DNA of 64,000 nt from a virus. Of this stretch, positions 18,978 to 29,198 are shown in pieces. A model generated the notes under the pieces. It was not told where the DNA came from. It did not search any database and saw only the letters and a program-made list of their open reading frames with translations. Position 1 is the first letter of the stretch. Every line of letters starts with the position of its first letter. The stretch covers positions 96,010 to 160,009 of the IMG/VR virus record IMGVR_UViG_3300033182_000769; one strand, 5' to 3'. The position numbers and the translations under genes are program-made.

Positions 18978-21900
18978 ATGGCACTAACATCACCAGGCGT
19001 AGAAGTTACAGTAATTGACGAGAGCTTTTACACACCGGCTGCACCCGGAACAGTTCCGTTAATCGTTGTAGCAACAGCCGAGAATAAAATGAACGGCGCT
19101 GGCACTGGCACAGCGGCTGCAACTACAGCAGCAAATGTAGGCAACGCCTATAAAGTAACAAGTCAGAAAGAATTAATTGATCTTTTCGGAGTACCATTCT
19201 TTGAGAAGACAGCAAGTAGCACACCAATTCATGGATCAGAAAGAAACGAATATGGACTTTTAGCAGCATACAGTTTGTTAGGTGTTTCAAACTCAGCATT
19301 TATTGTTCGTGCAAACGTAGACCTTGCAGAATTAGAAGGAAAATCAGAGGCTCCAGGAGCGAATCCGGACGATGGCACATGGTGGGTAGACACAAGAGCT
19401 ACAGCATGGGGCATCCAAGAGTGGAATGGCGCAGCCATTAGCACCACAGGCGGTCAAAAATTTGCCGCAAAAACCCCAATTGTTTTAACAGACGACGATA
19501 CAACTAAGATTGACAACGGTATGCCTGTAATGGCAGTAGGTGCTATTGGTGATTACGCAGTTGTATTCCAAACTGTAGGAACAGATGGCACGTTCTCAGC
19601 AACAAAAGAGAATGCAAAAGTTTACTATAAGTCAGCAGGTAACACTCAAGCAGGCGTTGCAGCAGGACAGTGGACATTAGTTGGAAGTCAAGCATGGGCT
19701 TCAAGTCATCCAACTGTAATGGGAGGGGTTGTTACAGTAGCAACCTTAACAGCAGGTAACTTTACACTAAATGGAACCACTATTACTATCTCAGGCGGCG
19801 ACGTACTTGACGACTTAGTAGCCACAATTAACGGCTTAACAGAAACACAAGGTATTACTGCTAAAAATGTAAACAGTAAATTATACTTGTTCACTGATGG
19901 CGGTTTAGACGACAATGTAGGTGATAGTTCTTTAGCAAATGCTATTGTTGTTGGTGCAGGTACAGCAGACTTAAATGAAATTGGCATTATTGCTAAAACA
20001 TACTATGGTCCAGAACTTTATCAGGCTCCACATACACAAGTGCCAGAGTGGAAAGCCAATGATACAGCACCACGCCCAACAGGCAGTGTATGGATCAAAA
20101 CTACAGAACCAAACAACGGAGCACGTTGGAGAGTTAAGCGTTGGGACAGCAACATTTTAAGTTGGGTTTCATACGAGGCTCCGATTTATGCTTCAACAAA
20201 CGCAGCGTTATACTATTTAGATAGAGCAGGCGCAGGCGCAAACATTGCAACAGACAGTTTATTTGTTCAGTCAAATGCAACTGAAAACTCTGGATTTGAC
20301 GACAGTCCGGCTACTGCTGCATTCCGTGTATGGCGCAGAGCAGCAACTGGTGCAACTACAATTACATCAGCAATTATTGCTTCTGGATCATTTACAGCGG
20401 GTGCTAACTCATTCACAATTGAAGAGAGTTTAAAAGGACGTATTGATTTAGGTACGTCAGACGAAGCAGCAACTCCTACTTATGCAGGTATTGAAGTTTC
20501 ATTCACAGCAGCAGGCAATACATCTGCAGATGCATTTACTATTGCTGGAGCAATTAACTCAGCAGGATTTACTAACATTGAAGCAACAGTTAGTGATGAC
20601 AACGAAGTTGTTATTTCTCACAGATTAGGCGGCGATTTCCGTATTACGGACGGAACTAACACTCCTATTTCAGCAGTATTCACAACTTATAACATTGACA
20701 CACAAGGCGGAACAAGCAACTTGTACGCATTACCAGCAGGTGCAAGCCAAGACATGGTTGCTACTAACTGGATGCCTTTAGCAGCAAGCGACTTCCATGC
20801 TGGTGCTAATGACCCAACTAACGAACCTACTGATGGTACACTTTGGTATAACCCAGAGTTTAGTGACGTAGATATGATGATTCATAACGGTAGTGATTGG
20901 GTAGGATACCAAAACTACAGTGCAGCATATCAGAGTACTGATCCGGCAGGCCCGCAAGTTACTGCAAGTAAACCAAGATTACAAAGTAACGGTGATCCAT
21001 TAGTTGATGGAGATCTTTGGATTAGCACCGCTGATTTAGAGAACTTCCCAACTATCTACAGATACAACGGCGATTTGTTAGAATGGATCATGCTTGATAA
21101 AGCAGACCAAGTAACTGAAGAAGGTGTGTTGTTTGCAGATGCACGTTACGGTACTTCAGGCGCAACAGGCGACACTGCGGCATCTATTGTAGACTTGTTA
21201 ACAAGTAACTACTTAGACCCAGACGCACCAGATCCAGCACTATATCCAAAAGGTATGTTGTTATGGAATACACGTAGAAGCGGCGGCAACGTTAAGCGTT
21301 ACGTTAACAATTATATTGACGTAAATAGTGACAATCCACGCTTTGGTGACCAAGCAATGAGTGGTTACGCAACTGACCGTTGGGTTACTGCTTCTCCAAA
21401 TGCTGAAGATGGTTCAGGACAGTTTGGTCGTAAGGCACAACGTTCTGTTGTTATCCAAGCAATGAAGAGCATTGTTGATACAAGTGATCAAGCACGTGAT
21501 GAAGAGCGTCGCAACTTTAACTTAATTGCTGCTCCTGGTTATCCGGAACTAATGAGCAACTTGGTTAACTTAAACATTGACAGAGGCTTAACAGCATTTG
21601 TTATTGGTGACACTCCATTCCGCTTACCAGCAGACGCAACAAGTTTAACTACTTGGGGTACTAACGCTAACTTAGTAACTGATAACGGCGACGACGGTAT
21701 TGTTACATACGACGAATACATGGCTTGTTTCTATCCAAACGGTTTCACAACTGATTTGGGCGGTAGCAACGCAGTTGTTCCTGCTTCGCACATGATGCTA
21801 AGAACTATTGCACTAAGCGATAATGTCTCTTACCCATGGTTTGCTCCAGCAGGCACAAGACGTGGTGGTATTACTAACGCAACAGCAGTTGGATATCTTG

Positions 21901-22361
21901 ATTCACTAAGCGGTGAATTCCAAACTGTAGCACTTAACGAAGGACAACGTGATACACTTTATGACTTAAAAGTTAACCCAATTACATTCTTTAATGGTGT
22001 TGGTCTTGTTAACTACGGTCAAAAGACTCGCGCAAGAAACGCAAGTGCATTAGATAGAATTAACGTGGCACGTTTAGTAGTTTACTTGCGTACACAGTTA
22101 AACAGATTAGCTCGTCCTTATATCTTTGAACCAAATGATAAGATTACAAGAGATGAAGTTAAGCAGGCTGTCGAGAGCTTACTACTTGAACTGGTAGGCT
22201 TAAGAGCACTATACGACTTCGCAGTTGTTTGTGATGAATCTAACAACACGCCAAGCAGAATTGATCGTAACGAACTTTGGGTAGACATTGCGATTGAACC
22301 TGTTAAAGCAGTTGAATTCATTTACATTCCACTAAGAGTTAAGAACACAGGAGAAATTTAA
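18978..22361 (+). CDS. Contractile tail sheath protein (gp18-like) with large insertion
   Basis: SPGVEVTVIDES N-terminus; PWFAPAG..RG, SALDRINVARL, FEPND, VCDESNNTP, IEPVKAVEFIYI. Confidence 0.95.
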   Translation: MALTSPGVEVTVIDESFYTPAAPGTVPLIVVATAENKMNGAGTGTAAATTAANVGNAYKVTSQKELIDLFGVPFFEKTASSTPIHGSERNEYGLLAAYSLLGVSNSAFIVRANVDLAELEGKSEAPGANPDDGTWWVDTRATAWGIQEWNGAAISTTGGQKFAAKTPIVLTDDDTTKIDNGMPVMAVGAIGDYAVVFQTVGTDGTFSATKENAKVYYKSAGNTQAGVAAGQWTLVGSQAWASSHPTVMGGVVTVATLTAGNFTLNGTTITISGGDVLDDLVATINGLTETQGITAKNVNSKLYLFTDGGLDDNVGDSSLANAIVVGAGTADLNEIGIIAKTYYGPELYQAPHTQVPEWKANDTAPRPTGSVWIKTTEPNNGARWRVKRWDSNILSWVSYEAPIYASTNAALYYLDRAGAGANIATDSLFVQSNATENSGFDDSPATAAFRVWRRAATGATTITSAIIASGSFTAGANSFTIEESLKGRIDLGTSDEAATPTYAGIEVSFTAAGNTSADAFTIAGAINSAGFTNIEATVSDDNEVVISHRLGGDFRITDGTNTPISAVFTTYNIDTQGGTSNLYALPAGASQDMVATNWMPLAASDFHAGANDPTNEPTDGTLWYNPEFSDVDMMIHNGSDWVGYQNYSAAYQSTDPAGPQVTASKPRLQSNGDPLVDGDLWISTADLENFPTIYRYNGDLLEWIMLDKADQVTEEGVLFADARYGTSGATGDTAASIVDLLTSNYLDPDAPDPALYPKGMLLWNTRRSGGNVKRYVNNYIDVNSDNPRFGDQAMSGYATDRWVTASPNAEDGSGQFGRKAQRSVVIQAMKSIVDTSDQARDEERRNFNLIAAPGYPELMSNLVNLNIDRGLTAFVIGDTPFRLPADATSLTTWGTNANLVTDNGDDGIVTYDEYMACFYPNGFTTDLGGSNAVVPASHMMLRTIALSDNVSYPWFAPAGTRRGGITNATAVGYLDSLSGEFQTVALNEGQRDTLYDLKVNPITFFNGVGLVNYGQKTRARNASALDRINVARLVVYLRTQLNRLARPYIFEPNDKITRDEVKQAVESLLLELVGLRALYDFAVVCDESNNTPSRIDRNELWVDIAIEPVKAVEFIYIPLRVKNTGEI

Positions 22362-22362
22362 A

Positions 22363-22992
22363 ATGCCTATTACTTCACTTAACAACTTTGGAGTTCCATT
22401 AGACGGCGGCAACCAAGTATTGTTAATGCCAAAACTCAAGTATCGTTTTAGGGTAACACTCCTGAACTTTGGTGCTGAGTCAGCAACAGAATTAACAAAA
22501 CAAGTGGTTGACGTAACTCGTCCTAAAGTGGGCTTTGAAGAAATTCAATTAGATGTTTACAACTCAAAGGTATTCTTAGCAGGTAAGTATAACTTAGAGG
22601 CTGTAACATTGAACCTACGTGATGATGCAAGCGGTTTCGTACAGAAACTGGTTGGTCAACAGATTCAGAAACAATTCGATTTCATTGAGCAGGCATCTGC
22701 AAGATCAGGTATTGACTACAAGTTCACTACAAGAATCGAAGTATTAGACGGTGGAAACGCAGGTCATACGCCAAACATTTTAGAGACATTTAATATGTAT
22801 GGTTGTTTCTTATCAAACACTGATTACGGTGACATGAACTATGCTACTAACGAAGCAGCAACAGTTGCACTAACTATCCGTTACGATAACTTAGAGCAAT
22901 GGGCTGCTGGTGAAGCGCAAACAAGTATTGCAGGCGGTATTGGTGCAGCAGTTGCACGTACACTTGGCGAAACTACAACAGGCGCAAGTTAA
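22363..22992 (+). CDS. Tail tube protein (gp19-like)
   Basis: Follows the sheath gene; PKLKYRFRV, LTIRYDN. Confidence 0.85.
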   Translation: MPITSLNNFGVPLDGGNQVLLMPKLKYRFRVTLLNFGAESATELTKQVVDVTRPKVGFEEIQLDVYNSKVFLAGKYNLEAVTLNLRDDASGFVQKLVGQQIQKQFDFIEQASARSGIDYKFTTRIEVLDGGNAGHTPNILETFNMYGCFLSNTDYGDMNYATNEAATVALTIRYDNLEQWAAGEAQTSIAGGIGAAVARTLGETTTGAS

Positions 22993-23015
22993 CAGTAAAT
23001 TGTTTCATTTACTTC

Positions 23016-23048
23016 AAAAGGCCCGGACTAATAATCCGGGCTTTTTTT
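23016..23048 (+). terminator. Intrinsic terminator
   Basis: GCCCGGA-ctaataa-TCCGGGC-TTTTTTT. Confidence 0.85.
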
Positions 23049-23064
23049 ATAGATAAATATTATT

Positions 23065-24183
23065 ATGGCAAACAAATTCACAAGGTATCTCACAGACTTT
23101 GCATCCGGTTTTATTAGCGGAGCAACTAATCCTAAAGGCCAAATGTCTAACTGGCGCCACGCCACACGATTGTTCGTAGACGATACGTTTAGATTAGCAC
23201 CTAAGCATAAGTTTAATTATTATGTTAGGTTTGAAATTGACAAAACCGCAGTAAAAGCACCGTCATTTAATGATAAGCATATTGAAGAAGTTGGGCTTTT
23301 GGTTAAAAGTTGCGATTTGCCTAAATTTAGTTTTGAAACTTCTACTCTTAACCAGTATAACAGAAAGAAAATTGTTTATACAAATTACGGTTACGATCCT
23401 TTAAACTTCACAATGCACGACGACAATAATGCAGTCATTAACTCGTTATGGGCAATATATTGGGGACATTATGTAAAGGATAGACACAATCCTGTAACTG
23501 CATTTGACAATAATATGTATAGAGCAGCAGATGCAGATACTTTAAACTTTAGATATGGTTTAGACAATAATCGAAGTGCTGATATGTTTAAATCTATTTC
23601 AATTTATACTATGGGGCGTAGAAGGTTTGTAGGTTATACATTAATCAATCCAAAGATTACAACCTGGCAACACGGTATACGAGATCACTCAGATTCACAA
23701 GGCATGGGTGAAAGTTCAATGACTGTACAATTTGAAAACGTAGTGTATAGTGCTGGTATGGTTGAGCCTGGCCAACCTAAAGGGTTTGCAAATTTACACT
23801 ACGACACCTCTCCAAGTCCGCTAAGTGTTGCAGGTGGTGGCATTGCATCTTTAACAGGTAGTGGCGGTGTACTTGACGGACTTGAACAAGTCTTTGGTGC
23901 AGTCGGCGACGGTTCTGCATTTAGTAGTCCTGGAAACTTTTTATCAACAGTTGCTAAAGGAATCAATACTTATAAAAATGCATCAAATCTAACTGCAAGT
24001 AGTTTAATGTCTGAAGGCATGAATATATTATCCACGCCCGGCGCATTATCACAAATCAGCGGCGGCGTTACAAGTGTTGTTGGTGCAGTATTTCCTAAAA
24101 GCGATACTAACAACACAGTAACACAAGCAACGGCGAAATCAATGGTTTCAAATAGCAATTGGGTTAATCCAAACGGTCCATAA
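23065..24183 (+). CDS. Tail-tube-like baseplate protein (tube initiator, gp54-like)
   Basis: LVKSCDLPKF..NQYNRK..Y.P..FT.HDD tube-fold pattern. Confidence 0.65.
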   Translation: MANKFTRYLTDFASGFISGATNPKGQMSNWRHATRLFVDDTFRLAPKHKFNYYVRFEIDKTAVKAPSFNDKHIEEVGLLVKSCDLPKFSFETSTLNQYNRKKIVYTNYGYDPLNFTMHDDNNAVINSLWAIYWGHYVKDRHNPVTAFDNNMYRAADADTLNFRYGLDNNRSADMFKSISIYTMGRRRFVGYTLINPKITTWQHGIRDHSDSQGMGESSMTVQFENVVYSAGMVEPGQPKGFANLHYDTSPSPLSVAGGGIASLTGSGGVLDGLEQVFGAVGDGSAFSSPGNFLSTVAKGINTYKNASNLTASSLMSEGMNILSTPGALSQISGGVTSVVGAVFPKSDTNNTVTQATAKSMVSNSNWVNPNGP

Positions 24184-24548
24184 TGAAAACTAATTTACCT
24201 CCCCAGATAGAAACAGACAGTGCTGCGGCAACTAAGTTATACTTTGGTACCTATGGCCAGGTTCCACTTTCGTTTAATGCTACCGATGTTGCAGTTGCCG
24301 TTAACTTTTTTGAAAAAAGAGGGTTTGACAGTTTAGCAGCCCAAGTTACTGCTATGGCTCTTTTACGCCAGGCTAAGATGGAAGATGTTAGTATCAGTTC
24401 TGTCTTAGATCAACTTAAAGGTTATGACGACCTTCAGGTTACTGGAATTGTTGCTCAAATACTTAATAATAGTAGAACAGCAACATCTACATTAGGCTAT
24501 AAAAAAGAAGCACAAGACCTTACTAAATCAAGGAACATCTATCCATAA
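24183..24548 (+). CDS. Hypothetical structural-module protein
   Basis: TAATG-coupled ORF. Confidence 0.6.
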   Translation: MKTNLPPQIETDSAAATKLYFGTYGQVPLSFNATDVAVAVNFFEKRGFDSLAAQVTAMALLRQAKMEDVSISSVLDQLKGYDDLQVTGIVAQILNNSRTATSTLGYKKEAQDLTKSRNIYP

Positions 24549-24988
24549 TGCCTAAGTTTGCTCAGGGAAAGTTTGAAATGAAAAACCCTGACAAGTATGT
24601 CGGGAAGAAAACTCCACATTCGAGAAGTAGTTGGGAGTTTGTCTTTATGCGTATGCTCGACGAACATCAGGGTGTGCAGCATTGGGCAAGTGAAAGTATT
24701 CAGATACCGTACAGAGATCCGTTAACAGGCAAGCATACAATTTACGTTCCTGACTTTTTTATTGTATATCAAGATAAGAATGGTCAAAAACGTGCAGAAG
24801 TAGTAGAAGTTAAACCACTGAATCAAACACTAAGAGAGAACGTCGGAAAAAGCAGATACAACCAAGAACAATATATCAAAAATTTAGCCAAATGGGAAGC
24901 CGCAACTGCATGGTGTAAACAACAAGGAGTTAAATTTCGTGTTGTTACTGAAGATGATATTTTTCACAGCGGCGGCAAGAGAAAATAA
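24548..24988 (+). CDS. Head completion nuclease (T4 gp4-like, TnsA-type)
   Basis: NPDKYVG, RSSWE, WASE..IPY, YVPDF, EVKP, KWEAA, FRVVTE. Confidence 0.9.
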   Translation: MPKFAQGKFEMKNPDKYVGKKTPHSRSSWEFVFMRMLDEHQGVQHWASESIQIPYRDPLTGKHTIYVPDFFIVYQDKNGQKRAEVVEVKPLNQTLRENVGKSRYNQEQYIKNLAKWEAATAWCKQQGVKFRVVTEDDIFHSGGKRK

Positions 24989-25015
24989 ATATTAATAATA
25001 TAGTTTGGTATTATT

Positions 25016-25495
25016 ATGACTAAAAAATTAGAAGAGTTGTTCAATTTAGAAGAACAAGAAAAACAGCAAATTACCCCAGAGGTAATTGAAGAAAAGCATC
25101 AGCAAGTTCGCAGTGTTGATGATAGTTATGCCGCGGTAAACGAAATCACAAAGAATTTACCTCAGGTTGCAGAACTCGATGACCTGGGAGAAGGTGATCT
25201 TGATAAACTTGCTGCCAAAGCAGAGCAAGCATATGACGATCTAATGGATCTTGGTATGAATGTTGAAGTACGCTACAGCGGACGTATTTTTGAAGTTGCT
25301 GGGGGTATGCTAAAAAGTGCCATCGACGCAAAAGCAGCCAAAGTAGAAAAGAAATTAAAAGCGGTTGATCTACAACTTAAGAAATATAAGATTGACAAAG
25401 ATAACAACGAAGATCCTAACAATATCATGAATGGTGAAGGTTACGTAATTACCGACAGAAATGAACTTATGAAGAAATTAGGTCAAAAGGAATAA
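25016..25495 (+). CDS. Probable terminase small subunit (gp16-like)
   Basis: Helical; RIFEVAGGML..AIDAK, C-terminal DRNELMK; lies upstream of the large terminase. Confidence 0.55.
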   Translation: MTKKLEELFNLEEQEKQQITPEVIEEKHQQVRSVDDSYAAVNEITKNLPQVAELDDLGEGDLDKLAAKAEQAYDDLMDLGMNVEVRYSGRIFEVAGGMLKSAIDAKAAKVEKKLKAVDLQLKKYKIDKDNNEDPNNIMNGEGYVITDRNELMKKLGQKE

Positions 25496-25503
25496 ATACA
25501 CAT

Positions 25504-26088
25504 ATGAAAACCTTTAGAGATTATTTAACAGAGAGTAAAAAGCCATACGCTTTTAGAGTGAAAATTGCGGGTGATGTTCCTGAAGGATTTAAGGAAAATC
25601 TTAAATCTAATTTAGAATCTTGTAATGCTACATTAACAGATGGAACAAAAACACCAGTACAAAAACTTCCTTTAGATTTTCCAGAATTATCAAATATGGA
25701 AGTTACTATTTTTGATCTTGTAACAGAGTATCCAATTACACCTGCAGCAATTACAAAACGTATTAGTGAAATGGGTTTAGACGAAAGTTATTTCCGTGTT
25801 AGAGGAGTTGATGAGCCAACTGAAGTTGAACAAGAGCAGTTCCAGGCAGAAAAAAGCGGAGAATCTCTATTAGCATCTGAGTATGCAAACGAAAAAATCA
25901 AGCACAAAGACTATTTTGGTGACGACTTTAACAAGGGATTTTTACAGCAACTTTCTAAAGATGCTAAGGCACGCAAAAAAGAGTTAGGACATAACGAATC
26001 AGCAATGAAAGATGTTGATGTATTAGGTACTAATAAAACTACTAAAGAAGATAAGGCAGGGTGTTGCAGTCCTGTAGGGAGTAAATAA
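25504..26088 (+). CDS. Hypothetical head protein with T4-like capsid-targeting N-terminus
   Basis: MKTFRDYLTE resembles the T4 CTS MKTYQEFIAE. Confidence 0.6.
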   Translation: MKTFRDYLTESKKPYAFRVKIAGDVPEGFKENLKSNLESCNATLTDGTKTPVQKLPLDFPELSNMEVTIFDLVTEYPITPAAITKRISEMGLDESYFRVRGVDEPTEVEQEQFQAEKSGESLLASEYANEKIKHKDYFGDDFNKGFLQQLSKDAKARKKELGHNESAMKDVDVLGTNKTTKEDKAGCCSPVGSK

Positions 26089-27095
26089 TGGATTTTAACC
26101 AACTACTATCAAGAATGCAAGAACTTGATTCACCTGCTTTAGAAGCAGATACAACTGAGTGCGGTATGAATATGCCAGCACCACCAGCAAAGCCTGATAC
26201 ACCAGAGCCAAGTATGACTGTTAATGTTAATGCACAAGGCATGGACAACATTGAGTCAATGCTATCTTTAATGGCAAAGATCAGTGGAGCGGGAAAAGCA
26301 GATATGCCGAGCATGGCTCCTATGCCAGCAATTATGCCATTAGATAAAATGATGGGTCCTGCACCAGACATGGATGCTGACAACGACGATAAAGTTGGCG
26401 GCGAAATGGACCTGCCAAAGGATCACGACAACGATCACGTTATTATCAAGACACTTGACAAAGACGGCGACAACGATCATGATATGGATGATCACGAAAA
26501 AGAAGAAGCACCAACAGGAACTGGAATGGCAGCATCTATGAAAGGTGTTGACGAGAAAGATCCAGACGCAGCAGATAAAATGAAGCCAGGTGTAGCAAAC
26601 GCACCAGATGCAGACGACGATGGCAAATTAGGAATGGGTAAGAACGTAGATCCTAAGCAAATTAAACTTGATGATATTGACATGGAAGAATTATTAAAAC
26701 TTGCAGGTCAAGAAACCGAAGGTGCAATGGATGATGCTGCAAAAGACTTTTCGGCTTATCATCAGGCACAAGCAGCATCAACAGAAAAAACTATGGCTGC
26801 TATTAGAGATGCTATCAAGGCAGCACTAACTTCCGATCCAAAAGATCAAAACAATGATGACGACGGCGAAAAAAATGCCGACGAAGCATACGCTAACGAG
26901 CCAAGCGAAAAGATGCGCGGCACAGATTACATGAACAATAAGATTGCAGGCGGCATGAACCGTCCTAAAGGTACATATCCTAAGGTTGCAGCCGCTGACA
27001 ATCCAATGCAGAAAGTTAAAGAAGGCGACGATTTAAGAACACGCATTCATAACGAACTTGCTGCTAAATTAGCAGAAATTAAAGGAGCAGAATAA
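26088..27095 (+). CDS. Acidic low-complexity protein, prohead core/scaffold-like
   Basis: Asp/Met/Pro-rich with DxDxD repeats. Confidence 0.55.
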   Translation: MDFNQLLSRMQELDSPALEADTTECGMNMPAPPAKPDTPEPSMTVNVNAQGMDNIESMLSLMAKISGAGKADMPSMAPMPAIMPLDKMMGPAPDMDADNDDKVGGEMDLPKDHDNDHVIIKTLDKDGDNDHDMDDHEKEEAPTGTGMAASMKGVDEKDPDAADKMKPGVANAPDADDDGKLGMGKNVDPKQIKLDDIDMEELLKLAGQETEGAMDDAAKDFSAYHQAQAASTEKTMAAIRDAIKAALTSDPKDQNNDDDGEKNADEAYANEPSEKMRGTDYMNNKIAGGMNRPKGTYPKVAAADNPMQKVKEGDDLRTRIHNELAAKLAEIKGAE

Positions 27096-27096
27096 A

Positions 27097-27525
27097 ATGG
27101 CAGACTTAACGACAGCAACAATTGGCGGCGGAAGTTCAATCCTTGTTGCAGAGAATCGTTTAAGTGTTGAAGATGCAACAGTTGTTGATTACATGGGTAA
27201 CAAAGATTTAACTATGTTTACAGTTGATTTTGATTCTGCTGCAAATGCAGAAACAGGTGCTAACGAAGCAATCCAAGCAGTAGTTGATATTATTGGTAAG
27301 TATGCTACTATTGTTATTCGTGGTGCTTTATTTGACTCAAACACTCAAATGTGTTTTGCAGTAGAAACTCCAAACGATTCATTAGATTGGGACGGCGCTG
27401 GCGCAGAAACTTTAGTTGAGCAAATTGAAGATGAAATTATTGCATTAGGTGCTTCATATGGTAACAACAACTTTGATATGACTGCTGTTACTTGTACTGT
27501 TAAAACAACTTTCCAATTAGCATAA
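27097..27525 (+). CDS. Hypothetical virion protein
   Basis: AAGGAG RBS; acidic, Ala/Thr-rich; followed by a terminator. Confidence 0.55.
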   Translation: MADLTTATIGGGSSILVAENRLSVEDATVVDYMGNKDLTMFTVDFDSAANAETGANEAIQAVVDIIGKYATIVIRGALFDSNTQMCFAVETPNDSLDWDGAGAETLVEQIEDEIIALGASYGNNNFDMTAVTCTVKTTFQLA

Positions 27526-27550
27526 AATCTACCGGCTGAGCAAAAAAATC

Positions 27551-27577
27551 AATAGCGCCGCAAGGCGCTATTTTTTT
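27551..27577 (+). terminator. Intrinsic terminator
   Basis: AATAGCGCC-GCAA-GGCGCTATTTTTTT (GNRA loop). Confidence 0.9.
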
Positions 27578-27591
27578 GATTAAATAGTGTT

Positions 27592-29187
27592 ATGGCAAAG
27601 AGTTTAGATGGCAATCTTGTTAAGAAAGCCCACGCACAACAAAAATATACTTTAGAACAAGTAAAGCACCTTGAAAAGTGTATGGATCCTGTTGACGGTC
27701 CGTTATACTTTGCTAAGAACTTTATTCAAATCCAACACCCAACTCGTGGTAGTATACCGTTTGATATGTATGAATATCAGGAAAGATTAATACATGCATA
27801 CCACGATCATAAGCAATCTATTGCTATGCTACCAAGACAGATGGGTAAAACAACTTGTGCCGTAGCATACTTGTTATGGTACACAATGTTTGTTCCTGAC
27901 AGTCAAGTGTTAATTGCAGCACACAAATATGAAGGTGCTAAAGACATTATGGATCGTTATCGCTTTGGTTATGAAAACTTACCTGACTTTATCAGAGCAG
28001 GAGTGTATAGTTATAACCGTAACACTATTGAATATGATAATGGTTCAAGAATACAAGCAACTACTACAACAGAAAACACCGGACGTGGTAAGTCGCTTTC
28101 ATTGATATACTGTGACGAGTTTGCGTTCGTGCAACCTCCTGAAAAAGCCAAAGAGTTCTGGACTGCACTATCACCAACATTAGCAACAGGCGGTAAGTGT
28201 ATGATTACAAGTACACCAAACTCGGACGAAGACCAGTTTGCACTTATCTGGACAGAAGCACAGAAAAAGTTTGACGAGCACGGTAATGAGTATGAAAACG
28301 GCGAAGGCATAAATGGATTTTTCAGTTACTTTGCACATTGGAGCGAACACCCAGACAGAGACGATGAGTGGGCACGACTTGAAATGGCAAAAATTGGCGA
28401 GCAACGCTTCCGTCGTGAGTTTGAGTGTGAGTTCTTAATCTTTGAAGAGACACTTATTAATTCGGTTAAACTCGCTGAACTTGAAGGCATTGATCCTAAA
28501 TTTAATATGGGGCAAACACGCTGGTATAATGACATTGACGGATCGTCAACATACTTAATAAGCCTTGATCCAAGTTTAGGAACCGGAGGAGACTATGCTG
28601 CTATTCAAGTGTTTGCTATGCCCGAAATGAAACAAATTGCAGAATGGCGGCACAATACAACACCTGTACAACAACAAGTAAGACACCTACGAGAAATTTT
28701 AAAATATATTTACGAAGAAGCAACAGCGAAAGGAAATCCTAATCCGCAAATTTATTACTCTGTTGAAAATAATACATTAGGCGAAGCAGCACTGATTGTA
28801 ATTGGAGATATAGGGGAAGAAAACTTTCATGGATTGTTCTTAAGTGAACCAATTAGAAAAGGGCACGTAAGACGATTCCGTAAAGGGTTTAATACTACGC
28901 ATAAAGCAAAAATTACTGCTTGTAGTAAATTTAAAAATCTATTAGAAACTAAGCAAATGGATATATTCTCCAAACCGCTTATTTCTGAATTAAAAACTTT
29001 CATCGCAAGTGGCGTGAGCTTTAAAGCAAAGCCGGGTGAACACGACGATTTAGTATCTGCACTTCTACTGGTAATTAGAATGGCAGACGTATTGGCGGAC
29101 TGGGATCCAAAAATATACGATAAAATGACAGAAAAGATAGCAGAAGAAGCGATGCCAATGCCTATCTTTGTAAGTACGGGATTTTGA
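27592..29187 (+). CDS. Terminase large subunit (gp17-like)
   Basis: YEYQ, PRQMGKT Walker A, IYCDEFAF Walker B, ITSTPN; RNase H-like DPSLG..D and HDDLV. Confidence 0.95.
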   Translation: MAKSLDGNLVKKAHAQQKYTLEQVKHLEKCMDPVDGPLYFAKNFIQIQHPTRGSIPFDMYEYQERLIHAYHDHKQSIAMLPRQMGKTTCAVAYLLWYTMFVPDSQVLIAAHKYEGAKDIMDRYRFGYENLPDFIRAGVYSYNRNTIEYDNGSRIQATTTTENTGRGKSLSLIYCDEFAFVQPPEKAKEFWTALSPTLATGGKCMITSTPNSDEDQFALIWTEAQKKFDEHGNEYENGEGINGFFSYFAHWSEHPDRDDEWARLEMAKIGEQRFRREFECEFLIFEETLINSVKLAELEGIDPKFNMGQTRWYNDIDGSSTYLISLDPSLGTGGDYAAIQVFAMPEMKQIAEWRHNTTPVQQQVRHLREILKYIYEEATAKGNPNPQIYYSVENNTLGEAALIVIGDIGEENFHGLFLSEPIRKGHVRRFRKGFNTTHKAKITACSKFKNLLETKQMDIFSKPLISELKTFIASGVSFKAKPGEHDDLVSALLLVIRMADVLADWDPKIYDKMTEKIAEEAMPMPIFVSTGF

Positions 29188-29198
29188 TAAATATAGTT

